Below are positions 44,568 through 53,496 of a stretch of 64,000 bases of DNA, piece by piece. Every line of letters starts with the position of its first letter. Position 1 is the first letter of the stretch. The position numbers and the translations under genes were made by a program. The stretch lies in contig CAYYJN010000006.1 in the NCBI GenBank assembly GCA_964472275.1, positions 9,122 to 73,121 on the forward strand, read 5' to 3'. The stretch comes from an uncultured Solibacteraceae bacterium. Lineage in GTDB: Bacteria > Acidobacteriota > Holophagae > Holophagales > Holophagaceae. The notes under the pieces are model-generated. The model saw only the letters and a program-made list of their open reading frames with translations, had not been told where the DNA came from and ran no database searches.

Positions 44568-46289
44568 TTGGGGCTCCCGGTTCAGGCAGAATGGGGCGCC
44601 ATGCCCCTCCCCCGCCTGCCGCCCACCTGGCTCATGCTGGCCTTCGCCTGCGCGAGCGGGATCGCGTGGATGGCGGGCGGGCCGCTCGCGCGCGCGAACA
44701 TCGGCGCCATCGTCTACCTGGTGTTCACCGGACTCGGCGCCCTCGAAAGCGCCCGCCGCGTTCCGCTCGAACGAAGGTATCGCCGCGGATGGGTCCTCCT
44801 CTGCGTCTTCTTCGTGTTCGTGTTCCTGATCCTCGCGAAGCAACTCGTCGCGAGCCTGTTCCAGGGCTCGCTCGGCGCGGGCCGCCTCCCCGTGGCGCTC
44901 CTCCTCCAGTTCACGGTCAGCTTCGGGCTGCTCATCCCGGCGAGCCTCGCCTTCGTCCGGCGGAAGCGGCGGACTTGGCTGGAGGCCCTGGACGCGAGCA
45001 TCTTCGCCATCGCGTTCTACCTCTGCCTTTGGATCTGGGTGCTGCGGGGATTCCTCGAACATCTGCCCGGCGACCCCCTTCAACGGATCAGCCTCCAGCT
45101 CACCTTCGTCGTCATCTCCGTGAGCGCCGGAGTCGCGATGCACGCCTGGACCGCGCTCGGGCTCCGGCTGCGCCATCCCCAGGGCTTCCTGGCGCTCGGC
45201 CTGCTCTGCTTCGTCGGCGCGGCGATCTGGCGGGTCCAGTTGGATCTCTCCGGTCATTTCTCCTGGGTCCACCCGATCCGTCTCGCCTTCGTGCCCGCGA
45301 TCGTCCTCTTCTGGCTGGCGTGCCGACAACCCTTGGAAGAGGTGAGCCTGAGCCCGTTCCGCAAGGGGCTCCTGCTCGCCCTGCCCTACCTGCCCGCGCT
45401 GCTCGCCTTCCCCGCGGCCTTCGCGGCCTACCTGCCCGCGCACGCCGAGCGCGACGCCACCGGCTACTTCCTCATGGGCGCGCTCGCCTTGCTGCTGCTC
45501 GCCCGCCAGGCCCTGGCGCTGGGCCAGATCGAGCGGTTCAAACGCACCCTGGAATTGAAAGTGGATGAGCGGACAGAAGCCTTGGCCCAGAGTCAGGCCG
45601 TCGTCCTCCGCACCCAGCGCATGAATCTCGTGGCCACCCTTGGCGCGGGCGTGGCCCACGACTTGAACAACCTGCTCACCAGCGCGGTCGGATACCTGGA
45701 CATCGCCCGGGATGAACTCCGCGAGGGCGGGGGCCAACCCGACGACTTCCTCCAACGCGCGCAGACCTCCCTCGGCATGGCGAGCGGGCTGTCGCGGCGG
45801 ATCATGGCCGCGGGCAGAGGCGAGCGCGAAGGCAGCCAGCTCCTGGATCTGAACGAGCACCTGACCCACCTCGCGCCCGTGCTGAAGGCGATCCTGCCCA
45901 AGACGCTCGATCTTCAAGTGCTCACCCTGTCGCGCGGGCCGCTGCCCTTGCGCGCCTCGGGCGCGGAGTTGGACCAGATCATCGTGAACCTGGTGATGAA
46001 CGCGCGGGACGCGACGCCGGAAGGCGGCCGCGTCTGGGTCCGCGCCTCCCGGGATGAAGGGGGCGCGCCCGTGCTGGAAGTGGAGGACACGGGCAGCGGC
46101 ATGTCCGAGGCCGTCCTCGCGCGGATCTTCGAACCCTTCTTCACCACCAAGGCGCCGGGGCAAGGCACGGGCCTTGGTCTCGGTTCGATCCAGGCCGTGA
46201 TCCAAGCCATGCACGGCACGCTCTCCGTCCATAGCGAGGAGGGACGCGGCTCCCGCTTCACCCTGCGCTTCCCGCGCGCGGAATCCTGA
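44568..46289 (+). CDS. membrane sensor histidine kinase
   Basis: The N-terminal half is polytopic. H-box GAGVAHDLNNLLTS, N-box IIVNLVMNARDA, G1 VEDTGSGM and G2 GQGTGLGLG are present. An alternative start lies at 44601. Confidence 0.88.
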   Translation: MGLPVQAEWGAMPLPRLPPTWLMLAFACASGIAWMAGGPLARANIGAIVYLVFTGLGALESARRVPLERRYRRGWVLLCVFFVFVFLILAKQLVASLFQGSLGAGRLPVALLLQFTVSFGLLIPASLAFVRRKRRTWLEALDASIFAIAFYLCLWIWVLRGFLEHLPGDPLQRISLQLTFVVISVSAGVAMHAWTALGLRLRHPQGFLALGLLCFVGAAIWRVQLDLSGHFSWVHPIRLAFVPAIVLFWLACRQPLEEVSLSPFRKGLLLALPYLPALLAFPAAFAAYLPAHAERDATGYFLMGALALLLLARQALALGQIERFKRTLELKVDERTEALAQSQAVVLRTQRMNLVATLGAGVAHDLNNLLTSAVGYLDIARDELREGGGQPDDFLQRAQTSLGMASGLSRRIMAAGRGEREGSQLLDLNEHLTHLAPVLKAILPKTLDLQVLTLSRGPLPLRASGAELDQIIVNLVMNARDATPEGGRVWVRASRDEGGAPVLEVEDTGSGMSEAVLARIFEPFFTTKAPGQGTGLGLGSIQAVIQAMHGTLSVHSEEGRGSRFTLRFPRAES

Positions 46290-46342
46290 GGCCGCGCGCC
46301 GGGGTTCCTGGCCCGGAGCAGGCCGCCTAAGCTGGAAGGACC

Positions 46343-47491
46343 ATGTCGGCGCTCCCGGTTCCCTCCACTCCTCGGCAGCTCAACGGCCTCATCCTCCCCG
46401 GCGGCGGCGCGCGGGCGGCCTACCAGGTGGGCGTGCTGAAGGCGCTGGCGGAGGCGCTTCCGGCTTCGGTGAAGATGCCCTTCCCCATCATCTCCGGCGT
46501 CTCCGCCGGGGCCATCAACGCGGCGAAGCTCGCCACCCACGGCACGGATTTCCGCGAAGGCGTCGCGGCCCTGGCGGACATCTGGGCGCATCTCACCGTG
46601 GACCAGGTCTACCGCACCGATGTCGCCACCGTCGCGGGCGACAGCTTGCGCTGGCTGCGCGGCCTCATCGCCGGCACCGACCGCGCGGGGGTGCGCTCCA
46701 TCCTGAACAACCAGCCCCTGCGGGAACTCCTGGGCCGCGGCCTGGATTTCGAAGCGGTGCAGGAAGCCATCGAAGCGGGCGCGCTCCGGGGCCTCGCGGT
46801 GACGGCGGCGGGCTACACCAGCGCTGAATCCATCACCTACTTCCAGGCCGCGGCGGAATGCCAGCCCTGGCGGCGCACGCGGCGCGAGGGCCGCCCCACG
46901 CGGCTCAGCGTCGAACATGTGATGGCCTCCGTGGCGCTGCCCATCCTCTTTCCCGCCGCCAAGGTGGATGGCGAATGGCATGGCGACGGGTCGCTGCGGC
47001 AGACGAGCCCCGTCTCGCCCGCGATCCACCTGGGCGCGGAGCGCATCCTCGTCATCGCCGTGCGCAACGAGGACCGGAACGCCCCGCACCCTGACAAGGC
47101 CGCGCCGTACCCGAGCTTCGGCCAGATCGGCGGCTACATGCTGGACTCGCTCTTCATGGACGCCATCTACACCGACCTGGAGCGCATCCAGCGCATCAAC
47201 CGCACCGTCGCCCAGGCGGAAGGCGGGCACACGAGCGAGCTGCGGCCCGTGGACGCGCGGGTGATCGTGCCCTCCGCCGACATGCGCGAGATCGTGCAGG
47301 CCCACAAGGACGCCTTCCCCCGCACGGTGCGGACGCTCTTCGGCCTCATCGGCGCCCGCGGCGCCGCCGGCGGCCAGTTGCTCTCCTACCTGCTCTTCGA
47401 CCAAGGCTACTGCAACGCCCTCATGGACCTCGGCTACCAGGACGGCCTGGCGCGGAAAGACGAACTCGTGCCGTGGCTCATGGGCGAGTGA
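46343..47491 (+). CDS. patatin-like phospholipase
   Basis: Oxyanion LPGGGARAAYQVGVL, nucleophile elbow GVSAGAINA (GxSxG) and the catalytic Asp context HGDGSL are present. Confidence 0.88.
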   Translation: MSALPVPSTPRQLNGLILPGGGARAAYQVGVLKALAEALPASVKMPFPIISGVSAGAINAAKLATHGTDFREGVAALADIWAHLTVDQVYRTDVATVAGDSLRWLRGLIAGTDRAGVRSILNNQPLRELLGRGLDFEAVQEAIEAGALRGLAVTAAGYTSAESITYFQAAAECQPWRRTRREGRPTRLSVEHVMASVALPILFPAAKVDGEWHGDGSLRQTSPVSPAIHLGAERILVIAVRNEDRNAPHPDKAAPYPSFGQIGGYMLDSLFMDAIYTDLERIQRINRTVAQAEGGHTSELRPVDARVIVPSADMREIVQAHKDAFPRTVRTLFGLIGARGAAGGQLLSYLLFDQGYCNALMDLGYQDGLARKDELVPWLMGE

Positions 47492-47506
47492 AAAGCCCGC
47501 TATCGA

Positions 47507-47650
47507 GGAACCTGGACACAGGGGTCGCGGAGGTTCCGCAGAAGCCACAGAGGGGTGCTGGTTCATCAGGCCAGAACCTGCCGTGCACGGCGCCCTCACT
47601 CTCTCTGTGGTGCGATGGCAATTCCTCGTGGTCTTCGTGGTGAAACCTAA
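47507..47650. repeat. degenerate intergenic palindromic element, copy I (CACAGAG words)
   Basis: The hairpin GGAACCT..AGGTTCC spans 47507-47537. The arm CCACAGAGG pairs with CCTCACTCTCTCTGTGG. The centre (GGTGCTGG..CATCAGGCC..CACGGCG) resembles the centres of copies D and J. CGTGGT sub-repeats lie at 47626-47646. Confidence 0.6.
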
Positions 47651-47670
47651 CGCAGCTCCTCCAGCGATTC

Positions 47671-47814
47671 CTAGTGGAGGTCCAGCCATTCACTGATGCG
47701 CGCCCGCCACTCCGCTTCGCCACTGTGCGCGTACCTCGCGCACAGGTGCCCGAGCAGATCCCGCCCCACAGCTCGGCGAGTGAGTACCTCGGTGTAGGTG
47801 AAGCACCGGTTCAA
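47671..47814 (-). pseudogene. truncated RluA-family pseudouridine synthase remnant (N-terminal 47 codons only)
   Basis: My translation from the TTG at 47814 is LNRCFTYTEVLTRRAVGRDLLGHLCARYAHSGEAEWRARISEWLDLH*. It aligns with the N-terminus of 41394..42296 (NGGFTYTEVVGSRDEGRSLLAHLATRHEHSGEAVWRERIAEG) at about 55% identity by eye. It stops where the intact protein continues for another 250 aa. Confidence 0.65.
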
Positions 47815-48000
47815 GAACCGCAAGGGCCTCTGCGGTTAGGTCAAACGAGCCGCTCTAACGAAAGAAGCTAACCGGCCCTACCCGCACTGAGGCGTTGAGA
47901 AAATCTGAGATAGCAATAACTTGCAAGAGCGCGGGAGACAATGCATGCGAGGCCTGAGTCGAGGAAAGGTTAGGCAATATAGGTAAAATGATTGATAATT

Positions 48001-48606
48001 CTACATTTTTTCGCCGGAAGGCAAGTATTCCGGCTTGATGAGGGATTCTGGATATTTTGCCTTCAGGCTATCCCGAAGTGACTGGTATGTATTCAAGGAC
48101 ATCTGCGCCATCTGGCCATAATGTTTAGCCTTATCCGCGAGATCACGATCTGGTGCATCTAAATATTTCAGCCATGCATTTGCACTCATTTTAACATATT
48201 CAAAATACTTCTTAGCTTCAATCCAAGAATTGATGTACCTATTCCAATCTGGGCCATAGTTTATTTTTTGGCATTCAGTCGCCATATTATCAACAAACGG
48301 AAATCCTTTTTTTGCAAGTAACTTGGCAGTTTGAAGGTCCTTCTTGAGCTGGATGGTTTGCATTTCCTCGATTCTTGCTGCAGCAGTGTTCACATGATAG
48401 GAGAGCGCAACAAAATCTGGTCCAATAATAGATGCATCAGATTTGGCATAATTTCGCCTCATTGCCCAAGCGAAAAAGCCTTGAAAGGCTGGATTGCTAG
48501 CGGCATTTGGATCGTTCTTGATTGATTTTCTTGGTACATCTCGCTTTTGATTTGGAGCGGCAACCATTAGGGTGGTTGCACCGAAAGCGAAAATAAGAGT
48601 TTGCAT
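48001..48606 (-). CDS. orphan hypothetical protein in an AT-rich islet
   Basis: Start taken at Met62 of ORF 48001..48789 (MQTLIFAFGATTLMVAAP, hydrophobic N-terminus). The 201-aa product is Lys/Asn/Tyr-rich and predicted helical, with no motif I recognise. Sampled G+C is 18/60 (line 48181) and 23/60 (line 48241), against 41/60 in the flank at line 48901. Confidence 0.6.
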   Translation of the reverse strand: MQTLIFAFGATTLMVAAPNQKRDVPRKSIKNDPNAASNPAFQGFFAWAMRRNYAKSDASIIGPDFVALSYHVNTAAARIEEMQTIQLKKDLQTAKLLAKKGFPFVDNMATECQKINYGPDWNRYINSWIEAKKYFEYVKMSANAWLKYLDAPDRDLADKAKHYGQMAQMSLNTYQSLRDSLKAKYPESLIKPEYLPSGEKM

Positions 48607-48843
48607 TGAACTCACTGGAAGCCCCCGGTAAGGAATGTTGCCAAACTTTGAATTAGGCGAACCGAAGGTGGATGGGACATCCCATCCAACACGGCCGCGC
48701 GGTGAACGAAAAATTGGAAAGAGCTGGCTTGCCGAGACTGTGTGAATTACACCATATCTTTGCAAGGAACGGGCAGAGAAGGCCGCCACATTCCTCCCCC
48801 AGCTTTTCTTCGCGTCCTTCGCGACCTTTGCGGTGAACGCTTT

Positions 48844-50472
48844 CTAGCTATGCACGCCCGGCGCTTCCCGGCCAGTCTTGACGACATATTCGGTGTAGCT
48901 GCCCTGGTACTTGAGGGGTTCGGGGTGGTCTTCGGGGGCCAGTTCGAGGACGCGGTTGGCGAGGCCGCGGAGGAAGGTGCGGTCGTGGCTGACGAAGAGC
49001 ATGGTCCCTTCGAAATCCTTCAGCGCGCCGATGAGCATCTCCTTCGTCGCGAGGTCCAGGTGGTTCGTGGGCTCGTCCAGCACAAGGAAATTGGGCGGGT
49101 TGAACATCATGCGCGCCATGACGAGGCGGGACTTCTCGCCGCCCGAAAGCGAGCGGATGCGCTTATCCATGTCGTTCTCGCCGAACTGGAAGGCGCCGAG
49201 CAGATTGCGGATGACGCCGAGGCCTTCCAGCGGAAAGTCCTTCTGCATCTGCTCGATCACCGTGAGGTCCGGATCCAGCAGATCCAGCGCCTGCTGGGAG
49301 AAGTAGCCGAGCTTGAGGCTGGCTCCGAGCTTCACCTCGCCCGCATCCGGCTGAATCGCGCCCGCGACCATCTTGAGCAGCGTGGACTTGCCCGCGCCGT
49401 TCTTGCCCATGACGCACCAGCGCTCGCCGCGGCGGATGTGGAAGGCGAAGTGGTCGTAGATGGCGCGGCTGCCATAGCGCTTGGAGACGCCCGAGAGCAT
49501 GGCCACATCGTCGCCGGAACGCGACGGCGCGCGGAAATCCCACTTCGGGATGAAGCGTTTCTTCGGCAGCTCGATGCGTTCCTGTTTCTCCAGCGCCTTC
49601 ACGCGGCTCTGCACCTGGGCCGCCTTGGCGGCGTGGGCCTTGAAACGCTCGATGAAACGCTGCTCCTTGGCGAGCTTGGCCTGCTGGCGTTCAAACGCGG
49701 CGACCTGGTTGGCCTCGCGCTGTTCGCGCTCGCGGACATAGAAGTCGTAGTCGCCGTTGTAGGTGACGATGTCGCCGCCATCAATCTCCAGCACCTTCGT
49801 CACGATGCGGTTCATGAAGTCCTTGTCGTGGCTCGTCATCAGGAGCGTGGACGGCACGGACTTCAGGAAGGATTCGAGCCAGAGGATGCTTTCGATGTCC
49901 AAGTGGTTCGTCGGCTCGTCCATGAGCAGCACATCGAAGGCGCCGAGCAGCACCTTGGCCATGGACACGCGCATCTTCCACCCGCCGGAGAGCGCGCCCA
50001 CATCGCCGTCAATCACCGCGTCCTCGAAGCCCAGGCCGTGCAGCACGGCGCGGGCCTTGGCCTCCAGCTCGTAGCCGCCCAGGTGCTGGTACTCCTCCTG
50101 CACATGGCCGAAGCGCTCGAGGGCCGAGTCGAAATCCGCGTGGTCCGGATCCGCCATCGCCTTCTCCAGATCCGCCAACTCGTGGTGCAGGTCGCCGAGG
50201 CGCCCGCTGCCGGCGATGGCCTCATCCAGCACGGGCCGGCCCTTCATCTCATCCACCTCCTGCCGGAAGTAGCCGATGCTGAGCTTCTTCGGCAGGCTCA
50301 CGGCGCCGTCGTCCGCGTGCTCTTCGCCCATGATCATGCGGAAGAGCGTGGACTTGCCCGCGCCGTTGGGGCCCACGAGGCCCACCTTCTCGCCGGGGTT
50401 GAGCTGGAAGCTGGCGTCAATGAAGAGCACCTGCTTGCCGTACTGCTTGCTGACATCGGAAAACGCGATCAT
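48844..50472 (-). CDS. ABC-F family ATPase (two ABC cassettes, no TM domain)
   Basis: Start at Met8. Walker A motifs GPNGAGKST and GKNGAGKST, signatures LSGGWKMR and LSGGEKSR, and a charged inter-domain linker (QQAKLAKEQRFIERF) are present. Confidence 0.9.
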   Translation of the reverse strand: MIAFSDVSKQYGKQVLFIDASFQLNPGEKVGLVGPNGAGKSTLFRMIMGEEHADDGAVSLPKKLSIGYFRQEVDEMKGRPVLDEAIAGSGRLGDLHHELADLEKAMADPDHADFDSALERFGHVQEEYQHLGGYELEAKARAVLHGLGFEDAVIDGDVGALSGGWKMRVSMAKVLLGAFDVLLMDEPTNHLDIESILWLESFLKSVPSTLLMTSHDKDFMNRIVTKVLEIDGGDIVTYNGDYDFYVREREQREANQVAAFERQQAKLAKEQRFIERFKAHAAKAAQVQSRVKALEKQERIELPKKRFIPKWDFRAPSRSGDDVAMLSGVSKRYGSRAIYDHFAFHIRRGERWCVMGKNGAGKSTLLKMVAGAIQPDAGEVKLGASLKLGYFSQQALDLLDPDLTVIEQMQKDFPLEGLGVIRNLLGAFQFGENDMDKRIRSLSGGEKSRLVMARMMFNPPNFLVLDEPTNHLDLATKEMLIGALKDFEGTMLFVSHDRTFLRGLANRVLELAPEDHPEPLKYQGSYTEYVVKTGREAPGVHS

Positions 50473-50528
50473 GGCGTGCCGCCTTTGGACCAAACGGCCA
50501 GTTTATCGTGGGAGGCGCCATCCGCTCA

Positions 50529-50630
50529 GAGGGCTTTCGACCTTGGGCTTTTGGCTTTTGCTTGCGCCGACCCATCCGGGCTTTCCGCATGGCTCGTCCG
50601 GCAAAAGCCCAAAGCCAAAAGCCTCAAAGC
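50529..50630. repeat. intergenic palindromic element, copy E (TTTTGGC/TTTGGGC word arms)
   Basis: The left arm ends ...CTTGGGCTTTTGGCTTTTGCTTGCG, with the core GCCGACCCATC at 50566-50576. The right arm, CAAAAGCCCAAAGCCAAAAGCCTCAAAGC, spans 50602-50630 and overlaps the moaE stop. It has the same orientation and core as copy D. Confidence 0.85.
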
Positions 50631-51070
50631 GCCGTGTGGCGGTGGTGGCATTCCACCCAGGCCTCGGTGCCATCCAGGTAAGCCTCACGCTTCCAGATGG
50701 GCACCTTGTCCTTGATCTCGTCCATGGCCCAGGCGGCGGCGCGGAAGGCTTCGGCGCGGTGGGCGGAGGCGGTGGCGACGAGGACGGCGGCTTCGGTCAG
50801 AGGGACTTCGCCGACGCGGTGGTGGATGGCGCAGCCGGTCAGGCCGAAGCGCGCGATGGCCTGGTCCCGCAAGCGCGCGAGCTCCTTCTCCGCCATGGGC
50901 GCGTAGGCCTCGTAGGACAGCTTGAGCACGGCCTTGCCCTCATGATGGTCCCGGGCGCGGCCTTCGAACACGACGAGCGCGCCCGCGCGCGCGTCGGTGA
51001 GCAGGGCTCGGAGCGCCTCGGGGTCGAGGGCATCCGCCGCCACGCGCACGAAGGGAATCGCATCCGCCAT
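50624..51070 (-). CDS. moaE: molybdopterin synthase catalytic subunit
   Basis: The 148-aa product contains GALVVFEGRARDHHEGK, GEVPLTEAAVLVATASAHR and the IKDKVPIWKRE motif, all typical of MoaE. Confidence 0.88.
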   Translation of the reverse strand: MADAIPFVRVAADALDPEALRALLTDARAGALVVFEGRARDHHEGKAVLKLSYEAYAPMAEKELARLRDQAIARFGLTGCAIHHRVGEVPLTEAAVLVATASAHRAEAFRAAAWAMDEIKDKVPIWKREAYLDGTEAWVECHHRHTAL

Positions 51071-51107
51071 GCTTCCACCTTAGCGCCCGCCGCGCGATGC
51101 TGGAACG

Positions 51108-51572
51108 ATGCTGACGAACGGGCCCACGGAAGTCGAACTCTTCGCGGATGGCGCCTGCCTGGGCAACCCCGGGCCGGGCGGGTGGGGCAACCTGCTCCGG
51201 GTCCGCACCAGCGCTGGCCTTCAGGAGAAGGAAGGCAGCGGCGCGGAGGCCGACACGACGAACAACCGCATGGAATTGATGGCCGTCATCCAGGGCCTCG
51301 AATCCCTCACGCGACCCTGCGCGGTGCGGCTCGTCTGCGATAGCCAATATGTGCTGAAGGGCCTCACCGAATGGCTGCCCGGCTGGAAGCGCAAGGGCTG
51401 GAAGAAGGCCGATGGCAAGCCCGTGCTGAACGCCGATCTTTGGAAGCGACTGGATGAGGCGGCGCGACCCCATCGCATTAAGGCCGAGTGGGTGAAGGGG
51501 CACGCGGGGCATCCCGAGAACGAGCGCGTGGATCGCCTCGCCAACGCCGCGGCCCACGCCGTGAAGGCATGA
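51108..51572 (+). CDS. rnhA: ribonuclease HI
   Basis: [31 protein letters not shown] and [18 protein letters not shown] carry the DEDD catalytic residues in their canonical contexts. Confidence 0.93.
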   Translation: MLTNGPTEVELFADGACLGNPGPGGWGNLLRVRTSAGLQEKEGSGAEADTTNNRMELMAVIQGLESLTRPCAVRLVCDSQYVLKGLTEWLPGWKRKGWKKADGKPVLNADLWKRLDEAARPHRIKAEWVKGHAGHPENERVDRLANAAAHAVKA

Positions 51573-51598
51573 GAAGAGGCCCGGGCGGGCCTCTTCTC
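51571..51598. terminator. bidirectional hairpin terminator
   Basis: GAGAAGAGGCCC-GGGC-GGGCCTCTTCTC has a 12-bp perfect stem. It overlaps the rnhA stop and lies between convergent rnhA and 51615..53417. Confidence 0.75.
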
Positions 51599-51614
51599 AT
51601 GAAAGCGCGGTCGT

Positions 51615-53417
51615 TCAGCGCTTGAAGTTGTAGACCATCTCCACCGTGCCGCGGGTGGCCTGGCCGTTGCGCTCCGCCGGGTTGTACTGGGACTGCATGG
51701 CGGCGTTCACGGCGGCGTCGTCGAAGCCGAGGTTGATGGGCGAGCCCTGGAGCACGGTGGCCTTGAGCGGGCGGCCGGACTCATCCACGAAGACGCGCAG
51801 CTTCACGGTCACCTCGCGGTAGGGGCCCCAGGCGTTGGCCATGCGGGCGCGGGCCGGAAGGTTCGGCGTGGCGCGGCTGGCGACGGAGGCGGGCGATTCG
51901 GTCAGCACCGCCGGAGCCTGCTGGGGCGCGGTCTGGGCCGGGGTGGGCGCCGCGGGCGTCGGCGCGGTGGGAGTCTGCGCCTGCTGAGGCACCGGAGCGG
52001 CGGGCTTCGGAGCTTCCTTGACGGGAGGCGGCTCCACCTTGGCGATCTTGGAGATCTGCTCGGTCTGCTGCTCGGCCTTCTGCGCGGCGGCGGCGAGCTT
52101 CTGCTTCCGGGCTTCCAGTTCCTGCTGCTTCTTCTGGGCGTCTTCCAACTGCTTCTGGAGGGCGGCCTTCTCGGAAGCGCTGGTGGTGCTCTGGAGCTGC
52201 TGCTGGAGCTGCTGGGACTTCTGCGTCGCGGCGTTGGCCTGGGCGTCCAGATCCGCCTTCTGCTGATCCAGCTCGGCCTTCATGCGCTGCAGTTCGACGA
52301 GCTGGGCCTGCACGGCGGGGTCCACGCCCTTGGCGCGCCCGAAGAAGAGGTAGCCGCCGACACCGAGGATCACCACCGCGGCGGCGCCTCCGACCATGAG
52401 CATCTTGTTCTTGCTCTTGGCTTCCTCATCCTCGAAGCCTTCGATGTGCTGGGACCGGGTGGCGCCGGAGCGCAGGGCGTCGCCCGCCGCCGTGTAGCCG
52501 GTGAAGTTGTCCGCCTGCTCGGCTTTGATGGCCGCGGCGTCCCGCTCGTTCTCCTCGCGGAAGAGCGTGTGCATGAAGAAGGCCATGTTGAAGGTCGTCG
52601 GGCTGTAGTCGCCGTCGTAGAGCACGCGCTCCAGTTCGCCGTTGAAGGACTCCACCGAGGTGAAGGGGTTCCCCGGCACCAGCAGCCGCGTGAGGAAGGC
52701 CTTGATCTCCGCCGGAACGGGGCCGTCCTCCTGCGCCGCCTTCAAGGTCGCGCCGGAAATGGCGGAGGCGATGTCGCCGCCCACGGGGAGCTTCTTGAAG
52801 GTGAGCAGCTCATAGAGGGTGGCGCCGACGCCGAAGAGGTCCTGCTGCAGCGGCGTGCCCACCTGCATCTGGAGGTAGGGCGCCAACCAGTTCTGCATGG
52901 CCGTGGCGCGGGGCAGGAAGCTCTTCATGGCCTGGGCGTAAGGCGCGTCCACGATCTGCGCGGCGCCTTCGAAGCTGACCCAGATGCTGTGCGGGCTGAG
53001 CAGGCCATGGGGCAGGCCCTTGGCGTGCATCTGCACCACCGCCTGGGCCACGCCCTGGATGACTGAGAGCGCGTGGTCCACGCCGAAGGGGAGCTGTTCG
53101 TGCTGGGCCTTGTCAATCAATTGGGCGAGGCTGCGGCCGGGCACATAGTCGCAGGCGCACACGGCGGTCTTGCCGCCTTCGTAGCGGTAGCCCTGGCCGA
53201 AGGCGCGGGAGCCGCCCAGCAGCGGGACATTCTTCTCGATGTCCGCCGCCTTGGTGCCCATCCCCGCCTGGAACAGCTCATCGGAGAAGACGCGCACGAG
53301 CATGTGGCGGTCGAAGGCGGCCCCGGCGGTCTGGACCCCGCGGTGGAAGGTGCCGAAGGGGTCCTTCGTCAGCTCGGCGGCGAGCAGATAGGAACCGGCG
53401 CGGGTGTAGGTGGCCAT
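51615..53417 (-). CDS. pseudokinase-like domain / TM / coiled coil / Pro-rich linker / TonB C-terminal domain protein
   Basis: The N-terminal roughly 290 aa have a protein-kinase-like layout with degenerate motifs (HRD replaced by LPHGLLSPHSI, DFG by VDAPY). Then come the TM segment MLMVGGAAAVVILGVGGYLFF, a Q/A-rich coiled coil and PAAPVPQQAQTPTAPTPAAP. The TonB_C-like end reads LRVFVDESGRPLKATVLQGS...GTVEMVYNFK. Confidence 0.72.
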   Translation of the reverse strand: MATYTRAGSYLLAAELTKDPFGTFHRGVQTAGAAFDRHMLVRVFSDELFQAGMGTKAADIEKNVPLLGGSRAFGQGYRYEGGKTAVCACDYVPGRSLAQLIDKAQHEQLPFGVDHALSVIQGVAQAVVQMHAKGLPHGLLSPHSIWVSFEGAAQIVDAPYAQAMKSFLPRATAMQNWLAPYLQMQVGTPLQQDLFGVGATLYELLTFKKLPVGGDIASAISGATLKAAQEDGPVPAEIKAFLTRLLVPGNPFTSVESFNGELERVLYDGDYSPTTFNMAFFMHTLFREENERDAAAIKAEQADNFTGYTAAGDALRSGATRSQHIEGFEDEEAKSKNKMLMVGGAAAVVILGVGGYLFFGRAKGVDPAVQAQLVELQRMKAELDQQKADLDAQANAATQKSQQLQQQLQSTTSASEKAALQKQLEDAQKKQQELEARKQKLAAAAQKAEQQTEQISKIAKVEPPPVKEAPKPAAPVPQQAQTPTAPTPAAPTPAQTAPQQAPAVLTESPASVASRATPNLPARARMANAWGPYREVTVKLRVFVDESGRPLKATVLQGSPINLGFDDAAVNAAMQSQYNPAERNGQATRGTVEMVYNFKR

Positions 53418-53496
53418 GGGGGACTCCGGATGCGGGTCAGCGATTAGAAAACATAGATCGGAATCGGCGCGAAGACTAGGAAACCTGAGTCTAGCC

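Noticed and set aside
48607-48789. The upstream 61 codons of ORF 48001..48789 as part of the orphan protein.
   Set aside because: The extension (MAAFSARSLQRYGVIHTVSAS...) has different composition and no hydrophobic or structured character, and it runs into the ABC-F promoter region. The internal Met followed by a hydrophobic segment is the more plausible start, though this remains uncertain.
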